Shown: positions 13,173-28,120, counted from the stretch's first letter. The stretch is 64,000 nucleotides of DNA from the human T2T-CHM13v2.0 reference genome, Homo sapiens (GCF_009914755.1 NC_060931.1), one strand, 5' to 3'. The notes: a model not told the origin generated them from the letters alone. Translations and numbers: made by a program.

Positions 13173-16100
13173 CACAGTCCTGATCTTTACCAAACATACC
13201 ATGATAAAAAAGAGAATGATTAACCCTGACGCCACCATGGACCTATTTAAAAAGATATGAAGTGAGGTTTCAGGTATTTAAGACCTACAGAATGTAACAG
13301 GACAAAATAATTCAATAAACTCAATTTTCTGGTTCTGACCACTTAACAACTCCACCTGAAATTCTCAGACATCATGACTAGCACTAGCATGGCAATTTTC
13401 ATTTTTTGGTGGGGGGCTACTGTTTTTAATAAAATGCTGGGCTGATGGCTTTGACTCAGTGGTAACTCCTGTGTGACTTTGTAAATAAAATGGGCAAGAT
13501 TACTCAATTTTATGTCCTAATTCTGCTATAGCCTTTTATATTTACCTCATAGTAATATTCTCTAAGTAATCTTTGTTTGCTTTCTTGTTGCAACACTTTA
13601 ATATCTTAGAAGGAAGGAATATAAAATTGATGTAATTATTGGTTTTTCTGCTGTGTGAACTGTAAGTTAATTTCCATACATTGTTTTAATGTCACTTTCT
13701 TTTAACAAAAGAGTTGAGCTTCAAGTCAGTGACAAGTAAATACAGAACATAAAATTTTAAAAAATAACAAAAAAATGTTCATCAGCTAATAAAACACATT
13801 TTTTCTTTGTTAAAAGATAAAACTACATTTCATCTATGAAAGAATTTTCTGTCAAATCTTACATGGCAAGATTGACAACAGTAATATTTTTTTCTAAGAT
13901 GAAAAACATTTTCAAATGAGAGATGAACTCCTTAATAAAGATGTAATCAGTCTTGTCAGGGAGAGGATTTACACAGTAAGTAAAGAGAAGTTCAAATTTG
14001 AAATTAATGGCACACAAGAGAGCAGTTCTCATAGTCCAGGATCAGTCCTCAGACATTTACTTGAAGGATTATTATTTCCTTTACATTTTGGAAGAAAAAA
14101 GTATAGAAGAGGTAGGAATAAATATCAGTTATTATAATAGAAAAGTTATAAAGAGAAAAAGAATTCATACTAACATCTTCTCCAGCTCACCTATACTAAA
14201 TTATTAGCTAAAAAGAGAAATGACAAGAGTTTCAGATCATGCTGAGAAGCAAGAAAGAATAGAAAATAATGTGTCACATTCAATTTCAGCCTGTAATTTC
14301 ATATTTCCCCTAAAAGGAAATATCTCAGGATACTGAATTACAAGTTCTAGCTAACAGATCGAGATGAAGCAGATGCTTTATACCAAGTAAGGTGCCAGAC
14401 ACAAACTCAAATTTTTAAAGGAAATAATCACAAAATTCTTAGACCTCTTACGTTTTCCACTCCCAATGAGAATGGAAGAGAGGGTGCCTGATCTCTTTCT
14501 TCATGCTCATTTGGATGGGCTGGGGCCTCCACCAAGTGTACTGATACTGCTTATTATGTTATTCCTGAAGCGGTAGGGCATAATAACTGCATTCTGATTC
14601 GTGTCCAGGGAAATCAAGAGATGGAGAAATTGGCCCACCAACCACTTTGGTGGTAAAAGAGGAGAGTTTCCTTTGTGATTGGCCCGCGCTCCTAAATTTG
14701 CCCAAGTAAAATCTACATGAGTGTTTCCCACGACTTGGAGGTGGATTGCGTATGAGGGTGAGTTCACCTTGGATTCAGTCCAATAGTGCTGCTGAAGGAA
14801 ATCAAGGGGGCCCCATTCACAAGGATGAAATCTAGGTGTATGCCAGATTGCTGGAGGTAGTAAGGGTGGAGAGATTCTAAAGCCATCACTCAAATAGAGA
14901 CCCATCCACTAGGGAACCAGAAGTGAGAGACTTCACTGATGAGACTCAAGTGCCCACAAAAGCACTATGAGAGAGTTACCCTAAATATCTGCCAGTTCCA
15001 GGAACTCAAATCTGGCCCACCAAAGACAAGTTAAAGTAAGCATTTCCATATTACCTTTCTCTTCTTCCCTCCAATGCTCCAAATCTAGAGTGCCCTGAAG
15101 CTATGGCAAGCTGGCACCTAAAATCAGCACTAGCTGAAGAAAAGAAAAGACATAACTTTAAATTGAGAATTTCAAATATTATACAGAAACCAACACTCTA
15201 ATTTCTGAATCTAGGAAGTGTTTTGGGCCTTAAGAGGTCTTTAGGACTGCTCATTATCTAAATGTGAGCTGAAAATCTTGGAACTCAAATTTAATGATGG
15301 GTAAAAGCTTCCACCACTGAAAAGATTTAAGACATAATGAGAGAACAAAAAAAAAAGTTGTATTAGGATTTATGCTTAGGGCTTCTTCAATGTAAAAGTA
15401 ATATAAAAATCACCTTCACATAAACCTTCTACCAACTCCATCCTATCAGGCTTCCTAGAGAAAACAACTTGTTCTTTACTCTCTCTAAATAAGGACTTAG
15501 CCTCTCCTTTGTTCATCAGAAACCTTATTAAGATTTTTCTTAGACCTCGGTGGTGATCGGGAGGTGATGCTTAGGTATAAGCATATGTATAGGAATATAT
15601 GCTTGGTGGCTTTTTCCCCCCAACATTTGTTACATACTGAGGTTTTGGTATATATTTTTTCTTACCAAGAATTAAAATTTACATAAAATCAAAAGTTACA
15701 GGGATTATACTATCTTTTGATATGTTCATTTTTTCTCCTTTGTTAGCATTTAGGGCATACCCCATAACTCCAATTGCCTCACTAGTAGACATTTCCCAGT
15801 CAAATAAGATATGGCCTGAGGAAACGGCCCAGTAAGTATAATTTTACTGAAATAAGAACAGAAGCAAAGTTCTAGTGGGTTGATGAATACATGGGAAATG
15901 AGGAAATAGATATAAGAAATGAATACCAAAATTTCTGGAAGCTCCACAGTAACCAAATGAGGAATTCGGTGCTGTTGCAAGAACTAGATTGAATGAAAAA
16001 AAATAAAGTTAAAGGCCAAATATAATTATTACAGACCTAATTTAAAAAAATTATGACTCTTTTAAGTGCTTATGATGCTTTAAAAATGTTTTAAAAATCT

Positions 16101-16451
16101 GTATTTTTATGTTCTGTGTAACTCGCATAAAATGAGTTCTCATTAAACTTCATTTTTACTTATACAACCATGTCTTCCAATAAGTATATGTTCTATACCT
16201 TCTCAGAGTATACTCTGTTATGTGTTGTATGTGGAATATACAATGGGAACAATTGTGCTCAATTACTATTCTGCCCAATGCTGTAGCTTACCATGTATAG
16301 AGTGATAGTCTATAATACATGCATAGGACAATGACTAACATATTCTTACAATATCTCCTTTGAAGGGGAATATTCTGATTAATTTATGATGTGGTAGTAA
16401 TAAATACTTAAAATAACACATGAACACGCTAATATAAGCACTGATTTCATT

Positions 16452-16753
16452 ATTTTATTTATTTATTTATTTACAGACAGTCTCACTCTGTCACCCAGAC
16501 TGGAGTGCATTGGCATCATCATGGCTTACTGCAGCCTCAACCTCCTGGGCTCAGGTGATCTTCCCACCACAGCCTCACAGGCAGCTTAGACTACAAGTGT
16601 GTGCCATCATGCCCAGCTAATTTGTTGTGTTTTTTGTAGAGACAGGGTTTTGCCATGTCACCAGGCTGGTCTCAAACTCCTGGACTCAAGAGACCAACCT
16701 GCCTTGGCCTCCCAAAGTGCTGGGATTACAGCTGTGAGCCACTATGCCTGGCC
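16452..16753 (-). mobile_element. AluJ
   Basis: Diverged antisense Alu. Confidence 0.88.
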
Positions 16754-18371
16754 TCTTATTTTTGTTTCTTATTCATATTATCTAAGAATTTTAATTTACT
16801 GTCAGTGGTTATTGCTTTATGAAATCTCAGTAACAAGAAGCAAAGAAAATGAGATCAGTAAGTGAGAATCCTGAATACATTACGAACTTTTCTGCTCATA
16901 AGTCCTCTTGTTTGAACAAACAGGAAGCATTATCATGAAAGTCTCTTCTGATAATTCCACTGCCATTCTTACATCTATCAATGATTGAAATAAAGTATAA
17001 AAAATGAGACTAACCGATGACTAATAGGATAGTAGAAGACCCTTAAAATAGTTTTATTCCTCTAGTACAGGTGGTCTTAAATGGGGGTCTTAAAAAAATG
17101 ATTCTAATTCTCAAGATTTCTAGAAATGCTTCCTAAAAAGTAACCTTTACATTATATCCTTCAAATTAAAAGCAAAGTGCCTTAACAGCGAAGTAAAATC
17201 ATGTTCCATAGGAATAAATTTCCTCCACTCATTATGAATACAGGTATCAGAAAGATTAAAATTTACTTCTTTCTGTCATTGACACAACTACTCTGCTTAT
17301 TCTTGCTTAGTTATTTCAGTACCCATGACAGTGTTCCAGCACATAGCTGAGTATGTGGGACAAATTCAGAACACAGAAATTATTATATTAATGCATGAAT
17401 AAATGAATGAATAGTTGAAGTGTAAGTTCCTAGGAAGAAAGGCAATGAGATAAATCCACTTTTTTTCCCTCACATAGGCCTTGTTTGAAGACAATAATTA
17501 CATGGCCTGAGGCCCTCTCTTTGAGAATACTTCATTTTTACTCAAAGAGGTCTTACCTAGTATGTAAACCTCATTTGTTTGATCCATTTAACTTCATCAT
17601 TTGGGAGATATAATGGTTCTCAGACTTGTAATATTTTGACGGCATGAAACAAATAATATTTGATTTGTTACATCTGAAGGACTATAAGGCTAATGAGTAA
17701 GAATAACTCGATGCTCCACTTCAGGTGATTCGTATGCTATAGGAGTTAGCAATCTAGTTCTTGTCTTTCGTTTGAATAAATTAACAAATATTCCTAGAGT
17801 ATCTACTGATTACAAGGCCTGAGCCAGACGGACCTTGTTAGGGACTCTTGAACAAGCAGAACTAAAAGCATGATAGACAAAAGGTAGAAATCTAATTAAA
17901 AGCAGTTGAGATGATGACACAAGATCAATTGAAATAATCTGCAAAGCCCAGAATGAAGTTAGACACTTTTCATTTTAGTCTGCTGACAAAATTAAGCAAT
18001 ATAACATCACAAAATATTAGATTTGTTAATTATATATTTGTCTATTTTATGCTTAAGTGTATCTACATTAAATGTTAGATTAAATGCAATGTGGTGTTAG
18101 TATTAGACCCTGGAGTAAAGTCATAGGTGAAAAACCAGTGAAAGCAAATAGTCTGTAGTTTAGTTAACAATATTCTAGCAATATTAATTTTTTTAGTTTT
18201 GAAAAATGGTTATAAAAGATGTTAACATTCGGGCAAACTGGATAAAGATTACATGGAATCTCTTTTGGCTATTTTTGTAACTTCTGTAAATTAAAAAGTA
18301 CTTCAAAATAAAATTATTTAAAATTGTAATTAGAACAACTCTATATTAAATTTTTTCATAACCCTCATTAT

Positions 18372-18607
18372 TGTGTGTGTGTGTGTATATATGTATATAT
18401 ATGTATATATGTGTATATATGTATATATGTATATATGTGTATATATGTATATATGTATATATGTGTATATATGTATATATATGTATATATGTGTATATAT
18501 GTATATATGTATATATGTGTATATATGTATATATATGTATATATGTGTATATATGTATATATGTATATATGTATATGTATGTATATATGTATGTGTGTAT
18601 ATATATG
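18372..18607. repeat. Compound (TG)n/(GTATATAT)n tandem repeat
   Basis: About 235 bp of alternating purine-pyrimidine with a 26/28-bp higher-order unit. Confidence 0.95.
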
Positions 18608-18608
18608 G

Positions 18609-18920
<312 letters not shown>

Positions 18921-19805
18921 TGTTTTAAAATATTTTTAAAACCAAATTGTGAGTCATGTCGATGGCTTATTTGGGACTTTATTCAAGACTCTTTAGTGCC
19001 ACTGACTTTAATGGTTTGCCCATACATCAAACTGAGCAACCCTAAGGAGGCATTCTTTCCTCTTCATGGCAGAAGTAGTAGTATTTTCCAACAATGACTT
19101 CTGCCTTAGGTCTGAATAGTGTCCTAAACATTTTGCCTCATGTTCATTTTAGCTGCACATTTTAAAGGGGACAGTTTCCAGTTACACAATGTTTCTTTTA
19201 CTATCTGGTAATGAGAGTTATAATAAATACTTCAGGCCCTGACCACATTTTGTCAGAGGTAAATATTATGCTTTCTTTTTTGTTTACAGTACACAATGAT
19301 CCTCATCATTTTGAGATATTTCTATATCAATCTCCCATTTTTTTTTTTTTAGTTGCTGTGATCATTTCCCCATGTATATGTTATGTGAAAGAAAAGTATT
19401 TGAGATTGTGTTCACTAACAAGAAATAGGCATTGGAAAATAAGTACATTGGGCTCAACACTATTCTGACACAATAGGAAAACCTAGTAAGATAGTAATCT
19501 TAATGGCAGCAAATGTCATTAAATTAAAAACATCTACACAGCAACAACCTAATGTTCATATTAATGAGAGGTAGGAACACTGATAGTAATCAACATCTGT
19601 TGCTGGTGTTAATATTCAACATTAAAGTAATCCACAGAGGGAAAATACAACTACTGCAGGTTAAATGACAACTACAGCTTTTCTGATTGGTGGTTGTAAG
19701 CAGAAGGTCCAGTAGCAGCAAAGTAATCAAGACGGGGTTTTCACATCATGTCTTTCCAAATAATCACTGTCCTAAGTGAGGAGTAGAAGACACTGTCACA
19801 TTGAG

Positions 19806-20159
19806 GTATTAGTCAGTTTTCACAGTGCCATAAAGAACTGCACAGACTGGGTAATTTATAAAGGAAAGAGGCTTAATTGATTCACAGTTCTACATGGCTG
19901 GGGAGGCCTTAGAAAACTTATAATCATGGCAAAAGGGGAAGCGGAAACAAGCACCTTCTTCACATGGCAAGCAGGAGAGAGAAGAAAGAAGGAGGAACTT
20001 CCAAACACTTATAAAACCGTCAGCTCTTGTGGGAACTCCCTATCAGGAGAGCGGCAGGAGAGAAACAGCCCTGCATGATCCAATCACTTCCCTACTTCCA
20101 CAATGGGGATTACAAATGAAGATGAGATTTGGGTGGCGACACAGAGCCATATCGTATCA
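19806..20159 (-). mobile_element. THE1 (MaLR) solo LTR
   Basis: GTATTAGTC...GACTGGGTAATTTATAAAGGAAAGAGG...GATGAGATTTGGGTGG...ATCA. Confidence 0.85.
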
Positions 20160-20759
20160 AAGTATGAAAGGTTTCTAGGATTTATTAGTTTGGGTTGTTA
20201 AGAGTTATACGGCTGGCAACGCTGTGCAGGGCCGTTTACTTCAGCTGCATACATTTTTTCGCTGCATGAGGGGTTGGGGAGAGCTACTCTCTTCTGGTCC
20301 TGAAAAGTAATCAAGAGAGAGAGGGATTTTTCACATCGTGTCTTAATTCTCACAAAGGCACGCTTCAAATGACGGATAAAAACCCGTCTTCCCGACTCCA
20401 AGAAGCTACTTTCTGACAGTTGTAAACAAGCTTCTTTCTCTTACTGCACAGGAGAGTCCTCTTACAGATCTCAGATCCTGACATTATTTTCAATAAAACT
20501 TTGTGCGGCCGCTAGTTTTAAATTCATGGTCTCCTGGAAGCTTTGGCTGGAGACTACTCAGCTCGTCACTGAACTAACGGCTTTTGGGGGTTCTTTTTTC
20601 CCAGTTGAGTTTCTGTGTCTTTTACACGTTTGGTTTTATGGTCCGTTGGAGGTTTTTTCACGCTGAGGGTGAAGATTCTTAGTTTCCTCAATTAGCATAA
20701 AAGCTGCTCCAAGGCTGCTGAGTCTTCAGTTCCATTCCATTCAAAATGTTAATTCCTGA

Positions 20760-21260
20760 GACACGCAACCTACGCCCTACTGTCCTTTGTCCCACGGCTT
20801 CTCGAGATTATCTCTGTGTTTTAATAGATAAAACGCCTTCTCTCCCCACCCGTGGGGTGCAAAGCACAGCGCATGGGGCTGGTGGCGCCCGAGAGCAACA
20901 CACAACGCATGCGCCAGTCCGCAGGTGTGGGCGGAGGAGAAATCGCGTCGGCGGCAGGGGATGACGTAAAAAGGCCGCGCTGTACTGCGGCTTGTGCCGC
21001 TTCCGCAAGAAGGTTTCCTGGCCTGTTGCAGCCATGGTGCATTGCAGTTGCGTGTTGTTCAGAAAGGTCCGTGCGGGTCCCCTCAGCCTGGTCCCCTTAG
21101 CGCTGACAGCTCTGGTTCTTCTTTGCTCCCCTGTCTCTCCACTACTGTCTTCGTGGCGGCCTTTTCCTTGCTTGGTTTTCCCATAGACTTCTCCGCCCCT
21201 CCTGTAGTGGCGCTTTGTCAGTAAGCGGTGACAGTGGTGTGTGTACCTGGCGTGGTTTGG
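20760..21260 (+). promoter_or_regulatory. CpG-rich, TATA-less GTPBP10 promoter / exon 1 region
   Basis: High CpG density; NRF1-like ACGCATGCGC 20905-20914; GC box GGGCGG 20929-20934; CRE/ATF-like ATGACGTAA 20961-20969; ETS-like GCTTCCGC near 20999-21006. Confidence 0.8.
21034..21066 (+). CDS. GTPBP10: GTPBP10 coding exon 1 (MVHCSCVLFRK)
   Basis: gcagccATGG strong Kozak context; donor AAG|GTCCGT; phase 0. Confidence 0.93.
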
Positions 21261-22239
21261 ACGGTTGTTTGGGGGCAGGGGCAGGGTTTGAAGTTCTTTA
21301 GAGACATAGTGTGCACGTGGTATGAGGAACTGGGATACCTGCCTGCTGTGGCCCAAATGTTGTGGTGGTTTTTTTTCCTTTAATGTCCACAGCCTGTTTT
21401 TATATATTTCTCCTTGAGTGCGCTGTTTAAGGTTTTTCTAATGGATTTTTATGAAGACACGAAAGCGTGTAATTGATGTGCCTTCTTGCAGAACATTTAG
21501 GTCGATTTTTGTGTGGTGTCGGTCTTAAGAATCGTTTCCGTAAAAATTTACAACTGCTTTGAATTTTTATTTTTTAAATCTTATCCTATCAGTAATGCTT
21601 TTTGAAACGTTGCCTGCGTCATATTTGGCCATTACTTTATTTCTAACGACCAGAGTAAAATACTCCTTTTAAGTAAGGCTCCTAAACCCCTGAATCTGAT
21701 TAATCTAGAGCAGGAAAAAAGTGTTACATATTTAATGGAACTGTAGAAACTCTCCTCGAGTATATCAGAATGGTCAATATTTCAACTTTCTTGAAAAAAA
21801 AATCCCATTTGTTTTTTATAATAGCTATCCTAAATGACTAGAGATGTGGATTATGAATTTAAGAAATTACTCCTTAAGTTATTTTGATTTTAATAGCCTA
21901 AGAGGTTAATACGTAAGTCCTTTACCTACAAGAAGTTCTTGATTTAGTGAAGGAAACAGGTAAACACTAAATGCAGCGTGAGATTTATAAAGGTGTAATA
22001 ATAGAGATATAATCAAATTGCTGGGAGAGCCAGCAAAGTCAGAGAATTGATTAGAGGAATTTGGAAAGACGTTAGAAAATATGACGTTTAGGTGGATTTA
22101 TGATAGGAAAAACAAATGACATTCTAAGTAGAGGAAAAGCATGAGCAGAATGGCATGTAGAAATGGCGGTATTTCATGTAGTACAGAGCAAAGAGGAAGA
22201 GAGGAAGGGTTGAGCAAGTGAAAAGGATACAGGAAGGAA

Positions 22240-22520
22240 CTAGGCATGGTAGGTGAGCCTATTGTTCTTGCTACTTGGGAGGCTGAGGTGGGAGGATCCC
22301 TTAAGGCCAGGAGTTCAAGACCAGTCTGGGCAACATAGCAAGACCCCATCTTTAAAACAGTCGGGGTGGTGTGGTGCCTGTAGTCCCAGCCATTTGGGAG
22401 GCTGAAGTGGGAGAATTGCTTGAGCCCAGGAGTTTGAGGCTGCAGCAATGATAGTGCTATGATAGTGCCACGGCACTCGAGCCCAGGCACCAGAACCAGA
22501 CCCTGTTTCAAAAAAAAGAA
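22240..22520 (+). mobile_element. AluJ
   Basis: Diverged dimeric Alu. Confidence 0.8.
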
Positions 22521-24212
22521 AATAAAAGATACCAGAAGGGTATTTTAGTAGCTTTGGATATACAGTTGACCCTTCAAGAACATGGGGGTTAGAGATGCCC
22601 CCGCCACAGCTGAAAATCTTCATGTAACTTTCAACTCCCCCCACAAAACAACTACTAATAATCTGTTGGCTGGAAGCCTCACTGATAACATAAGCCGTCA
22701 GTTGACACATATAAAATATATATATAGTATATACTGTGTTCTTAAATTAAGCTAGAGAAAAGAAACTGTTACTAAGAAAGTCAGAAAGAAGGGAAAATAT
22801 ATTTACTGTTCATTAAATGGAAGTGAATTGTAAAGGTCTTCATCCTTATAGTCTTCATGTTGAATAGACTGAGGAGGAAGAGGAGGAGTTGGTCTTGCTC
22901 TCTTGGGTGGCAGAGGCAGAAGGGGTGGGGGTGGAGGAGGTGGAAGGGGAGGCAAGAGAGGCAGACACACTATGTGTAACTTTATGGAAGTACATCATAA
23001 TTTCTGTCATGCTTTTGCTTTTCTCTTTCCCCCAAAAAAATGTTTCTATAGGGTACCAATACCTCTTCCACCATTTGCTTTGGTTTCAGTGCCTCTTCAC
23101 AGAAGGGTCCATGTCATAAAAGAAGTCAAAAGCAGTCCTGAACAATAGGAGCTCTTCTGCCAGATTATCTAATGTTCGTTTTTCTGGTAGTTTATTCTGT
23201 GTTTTCTTCCTTGTTATCTGGCACTGGATCTGAAGCACTCATCAAGCTGTCTTCTGTTAATTCCTCTGGTTTGGTGGCTGTTAGCTCTTGAGTTTCTTCA
23301 AGATCCATATCTTGAAGTCCTTTACCCACTTTCCCGCCGTTTTTGGCATATTCACAGCCTCTTTCATGATTTCCTTGATTGGCTCTTTTGTAAATACTGT
23401 GAAATTATAACACAACACAACACCTGGACAAAGTTTTCTCCAGCACGAACTTACTGTTTGGGGCTTATGGCTTTCATGGCTTTTTCAATAATAATGGCAT
23501 CTTCAATTATGTAAACTTCAGATTTTCCTGAAGTTTTCTCTATTAGTGTTCTTTTCCATGGTTGACAGTCCTTTTCGTAGAAAATCATGTTTAATGAGCC
23601 TTAAAGGTCCTTGCGACCCCGTGATCTAGAGGCTGATTTACAGACATTGTGTTTGGGGGCAAGGACACCACTTCAGTGCCTTTGATGTTGAACTCATGGG
23701 GTTCTGGGTAGCGGGGAGGTGGGGCACTGTCCAATAGCAGAGGAACTTTACAAGTCAGTCTCGTATTGGGAAGGTACTTCCTGACTTCAGGGAGAAAGCA
23801 TCCATGGAACCAATCCAGAGAAAAGGTTTTTGTTCTCTAGGCCTTCTTATCCAACAAAGACTGGCAGCTGATGTTTATCTTTCCCTTTCAAGATTGAGGG
23901 GTTAGCAGCTTTATAGATAAGGACAGTCCTGATTACAAACACAACTGCATTTGCACAATACAGTAGGGTTAGCCTATCCCTTCCTGGCTTAAATCCTGGT
24001 GCTCGCTTCTCTTCCTTACTAATGTCTTTTGTAGCATGTTTTCCAGAATAGGGTACTTTCATCAGCATTAACAACCTGATTTGGGAGATATTCTTTCGTC
24101 TCAGTGATTTTCTTAATGGCATCTGGGAACTCATCTGCTGCCTCTTAGTTGGCAGAACCTGCTTCACCTGTTATCTTGATATTTCTAAAGCCAAAGCCAA
24201 ACCTATTTCTTC

Positions 24213-24783
24213 TTTTTTTTTTTTAAATTATACTTTAAGTTCTAGGGTACATGTACACAGCGTGCAGGTTTGTTACATAGGTATACATGTGCCATGTTGG
24301 TTTGCTGCACCCATTAACTTGTCATTTACATTGGGTATTTCTCCTAATGTTATCTCTCACCCAGCCCCCAACCCCATGACAGGTCCCAGTGTGTGATGTT
24401 CCCCCCGTGTCCCAAGTGTTCTCATTGTTCAGTTCCCACCTATGAGTGAGAACATGTGGTGTTTGGTTTTCTGTCCTTGTGATAGTTTGGTCAGAATGAT
24501 GGTTTCCAGCTGCATCCATGTCACTCATCCTTTTTATGGCTGCATAGTATTCCATCGTGTATATGTGCCACATTTTCTTAATCCAGTCTATCATTGATGG
24601 ACATTTGGGTTGGTTCCAAGTCTTTGCTGTTGTGAATAGTGCCACAATAAACATACGTGTGCATGTGTCTTTATAGTGGCATGATTTTTAATCCTTTGGG
24701 TATATATCCAGTAATGGGATGGCTGGGTCAAATGGTATTTCTAGTTCTAGATTCTTGAGGAATCCCCACACTGTCTTCCACAG
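24213..24783 (-). mobile_element. 5'-truncated L1PA (PA6-like) 3' end nested in Tigger2
   Basis: ORF2 C-terminus (WNQPKCPSMIDWIKKMW) + 3' UTR + poly-T; approximate TSD CAAACCT..TTCT. Confidence 0.9.
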
Positions 24784-25571
24784 TCAAACCTCCTTCTAAA
24801 ATTATCAAATCATCCTTTGCTGGCAATTAATTCTTTAGCTTTAGATCCTTCACATTCCTTTTGCTTTTAAGTTGTCATATGGTAACCTTACTTTTTCTTT
24901 TATTGTATTAGTCTATGTTTTTAAAATAGGAATCCTGCATCTACATAAAAGTTGCCTTTTTAATACAAGATAAAAAGTTAATTCACAAAAAGTGCAAGGT
25001 TTTCACACCTTTTGGCATAGCTGCTGCAGTGGCTTCATGAATTTTTGTCTTTTTTTACACTGATTCTTATTCTGGATTCATTTATCTTGAGATAGCAGGC
25101 CATCGCAGCTACAGATTTTAATCTGTGGTAGATATCAAGCAATTCATCTTTTTATCGTAGTGTCATGACTTTACTTCTTGGGAGCACTGCCAGCATCACT
25201 AGTGGCACTTTGTATGGGTTCCATGGTGGTGTTCAAGGTTTACAGTGTAGCGCTGAACATGATGAAAAATGCAAGAGAACTGTGAGAGATTACTTTTTAC
25301 TGACTTATAAAATGTACTGGCAAGATGAACTGCTCATGGGGAGATGATTAGCATCACATGGCCTTTTAAGTGGCAACTTGGGACACTTGAGATCCCGGGA
25401 TAGTTACAGGAGGTAACTACGAAATTATTACAGTATTCCAGGATGTACTACAGTTAATTTTATGCAGTTATGATTTAATACTGCATTTTTACATTTGCTT
25501 ACATTTCTCTTGACTGCAAATGCTGCCATGTAAGATCTGTAAGTGTGTGTGTAAGTTTTGATAAATTTTAA

Positions 25572-25710
<139 letters not shown>

Positions 25711-25992
25711 TTTTAAAAATTAAGATAGATATGTGTATATTTTATGGAAGTAAATGACAAAATAGATTAGCATCTATATATTTTTTGCACTCATAACACA
25801 CAGCTTTTCTTAATTTTTTCAATATTTCCAATCTATTTGCTTTGTAAGTTTTTTCAAATTGTTGCAAAGCTCAAAAAATTTTTCTAATATATTTATTGAA
25901 AAATATCTGTATATAAGTGGACACACGCAGCTCAAACCAGTGTTGTTCAAGGGTCAACTGTAGTACTAAGAATTTTTTACTTTATTTCATAA

Positions 25993-26287
<295 letters not shown>

Positions 26288-27108
26288 TCATAAGCATTTT
26301 TTTAATGCATGGTTTTTGAGTAAAGGAGAAACATGATTAGAGATCAGATCAATTTCAGAAAAATAGTTCAGGCAACAAGTTGGAGAATGCAATAAGGAAA
26401 AAATGCCTAAACACTGAAAGGAGCTCATGTGGTGCAGGTACTAGGGCAGTGGTACTGGAGAGAAGAGAGTAGGGCTTTGGGAAAAGAAGCAGGTGTAGTC
26501 TGAAAGACTTCCATTTGTGTAGTCTCAATGAATATGTAAACCATGGTTCTGTTACTTTAGAGAACATTGGAGGAACAGATTTTACCTGGGGAAGAGTTTG
26601 GTTTTGTTATGTTAGCATTTATTTTTGAGGTGGCTATTATTCAACTGATATGTAAGAACAAGTTTCATATTGGGGAATTTCAAATATAAATTAAATACAC
26701 ATTCTGCTCACATTTGCTTTATACTATTAAAAGCTTTCATCCTGGTGGAAATGTCTGACAGATTGGACATAGAAAATATCTCACCTAGGTGATGGTTATT
26801 GGTACAAGCAGAAATTACCCAGGGGAGAAAGTCTAGAATGAAAACAGGGCCAAGTCAGAAACCCTCAGGATAGGTGGGACAATAATTGATAACAGAAAAA
26901 ACTAAAAGGGACTTAAGAGAGATAATCAAATGGGAAGGGGGGTCAGATCGGAGATGTGGAGGTGAGCTAAGAAAATGTTATAGAATTGGCATGTGAAAAG
27001 CTATTAACGACTTTTTTAGAAGAAGTTTTAGTGGAAGAAAGAACTAGAAAAAGGTTCTAAGGTGATACACTTTTGGTATACAAATATTCTTTCTCTTTTT
27101 TTTTTAAG

Positions 27109-27302
27109 TATGGAAATTTCATCGATAAGCTAAGACTCTTCACCAGGGGAGGATCCGGTGGAATGGGTTATCCTCGTTTAGGTGGAGAAGGTGGAAAAGG
27201 TGGTGATGTCTGGGTTGTAGCCCAGAACAGAATGACTTTAAAACAACTTAAAGACAGGTATCCTCGGAAACGGTTTGTGGCTGGAGTAGGAGCAAACAGC
27301 AA
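27109..27302 (+). CDS. GTPBP10: GTPBP10 exon 2 ([20 protein letters not shown]...GANS, Obg fold)
   Basis: Poly-T/AAG acceptor; donor AA|GTAAGT; Gly-rich Obg motifs [15 protein letters not shown]. Confidence 0.96.
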
Positions 27303-28120
27303 GTAAGTAATTACTGAATGACTTAAATTTTAGAAAATCAAACCCTTCTGGAAATTTTTTTTTTAGTTACAAAATAAAAACTTAATTGTTAATTTGAAGT
27401 AAATTATTTCCTGTATTTATAACCAAGCAAAAGCCTAAAATGTCTCAACTCATAAAAGACTGATACTAAAGAATATTTCAGAGTTTTAAAACTTTCTGTC
27501 TGTTTCTTTTCCCAATGTCTATCTGTATTCTTTTTGCACTTCCCCTGTAGAAACCGATAATTATCTGAATTCCCACTGTTTTCTTCTAAAATTATCTTTG
27601 ACAACCTTTTAGAAAACTTTCAGTCTTAACCATGCTACTCTACCCCACCACCATTAGAAGGCAAGATAACCACTATTAACCTTTTCTTGACTTTTCTAAG
27701 ACTTTTCTGTGTGTTTACACAAATGCAATTATGTGCCTAAAAGTTTAGAATACAAAAATGAGAGTACAGTATTTTACAATCTGCTATTTTTACTTTTTTT
27801 CACATGTCAAAATTATTCAGAATACCTGCATAATAAATAACTATTTTGTCATTTGTCTATTTAGGTTATTGTTGATTTTTTTTTCCGATTATAACCACAG
27901 TGCAGCATTCTGTGTAGATACTATTTTACATGTTTGTTCAATTATTATTTTGATAAATTCCCAGAAGTAGAATTACTAAAACATTTGTACTAATTTTTTC
28001 TTTTATGAGCAGTTTAAGAGTAGCCAGATTTGCCTTCTATAATGTAAGTACTCTCATTTGAGGTTAGTTTTTTAAAAGCTTTGCTATTTGGTGGATTTTC
28101 TTTTTTTTTTATAGATTCAT

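Noticed and set aside
20808-21356. 182-aa antisense ORF over the promoter
   Set aside because: TTG start, GC-rich shadow frame, no domain or splice support
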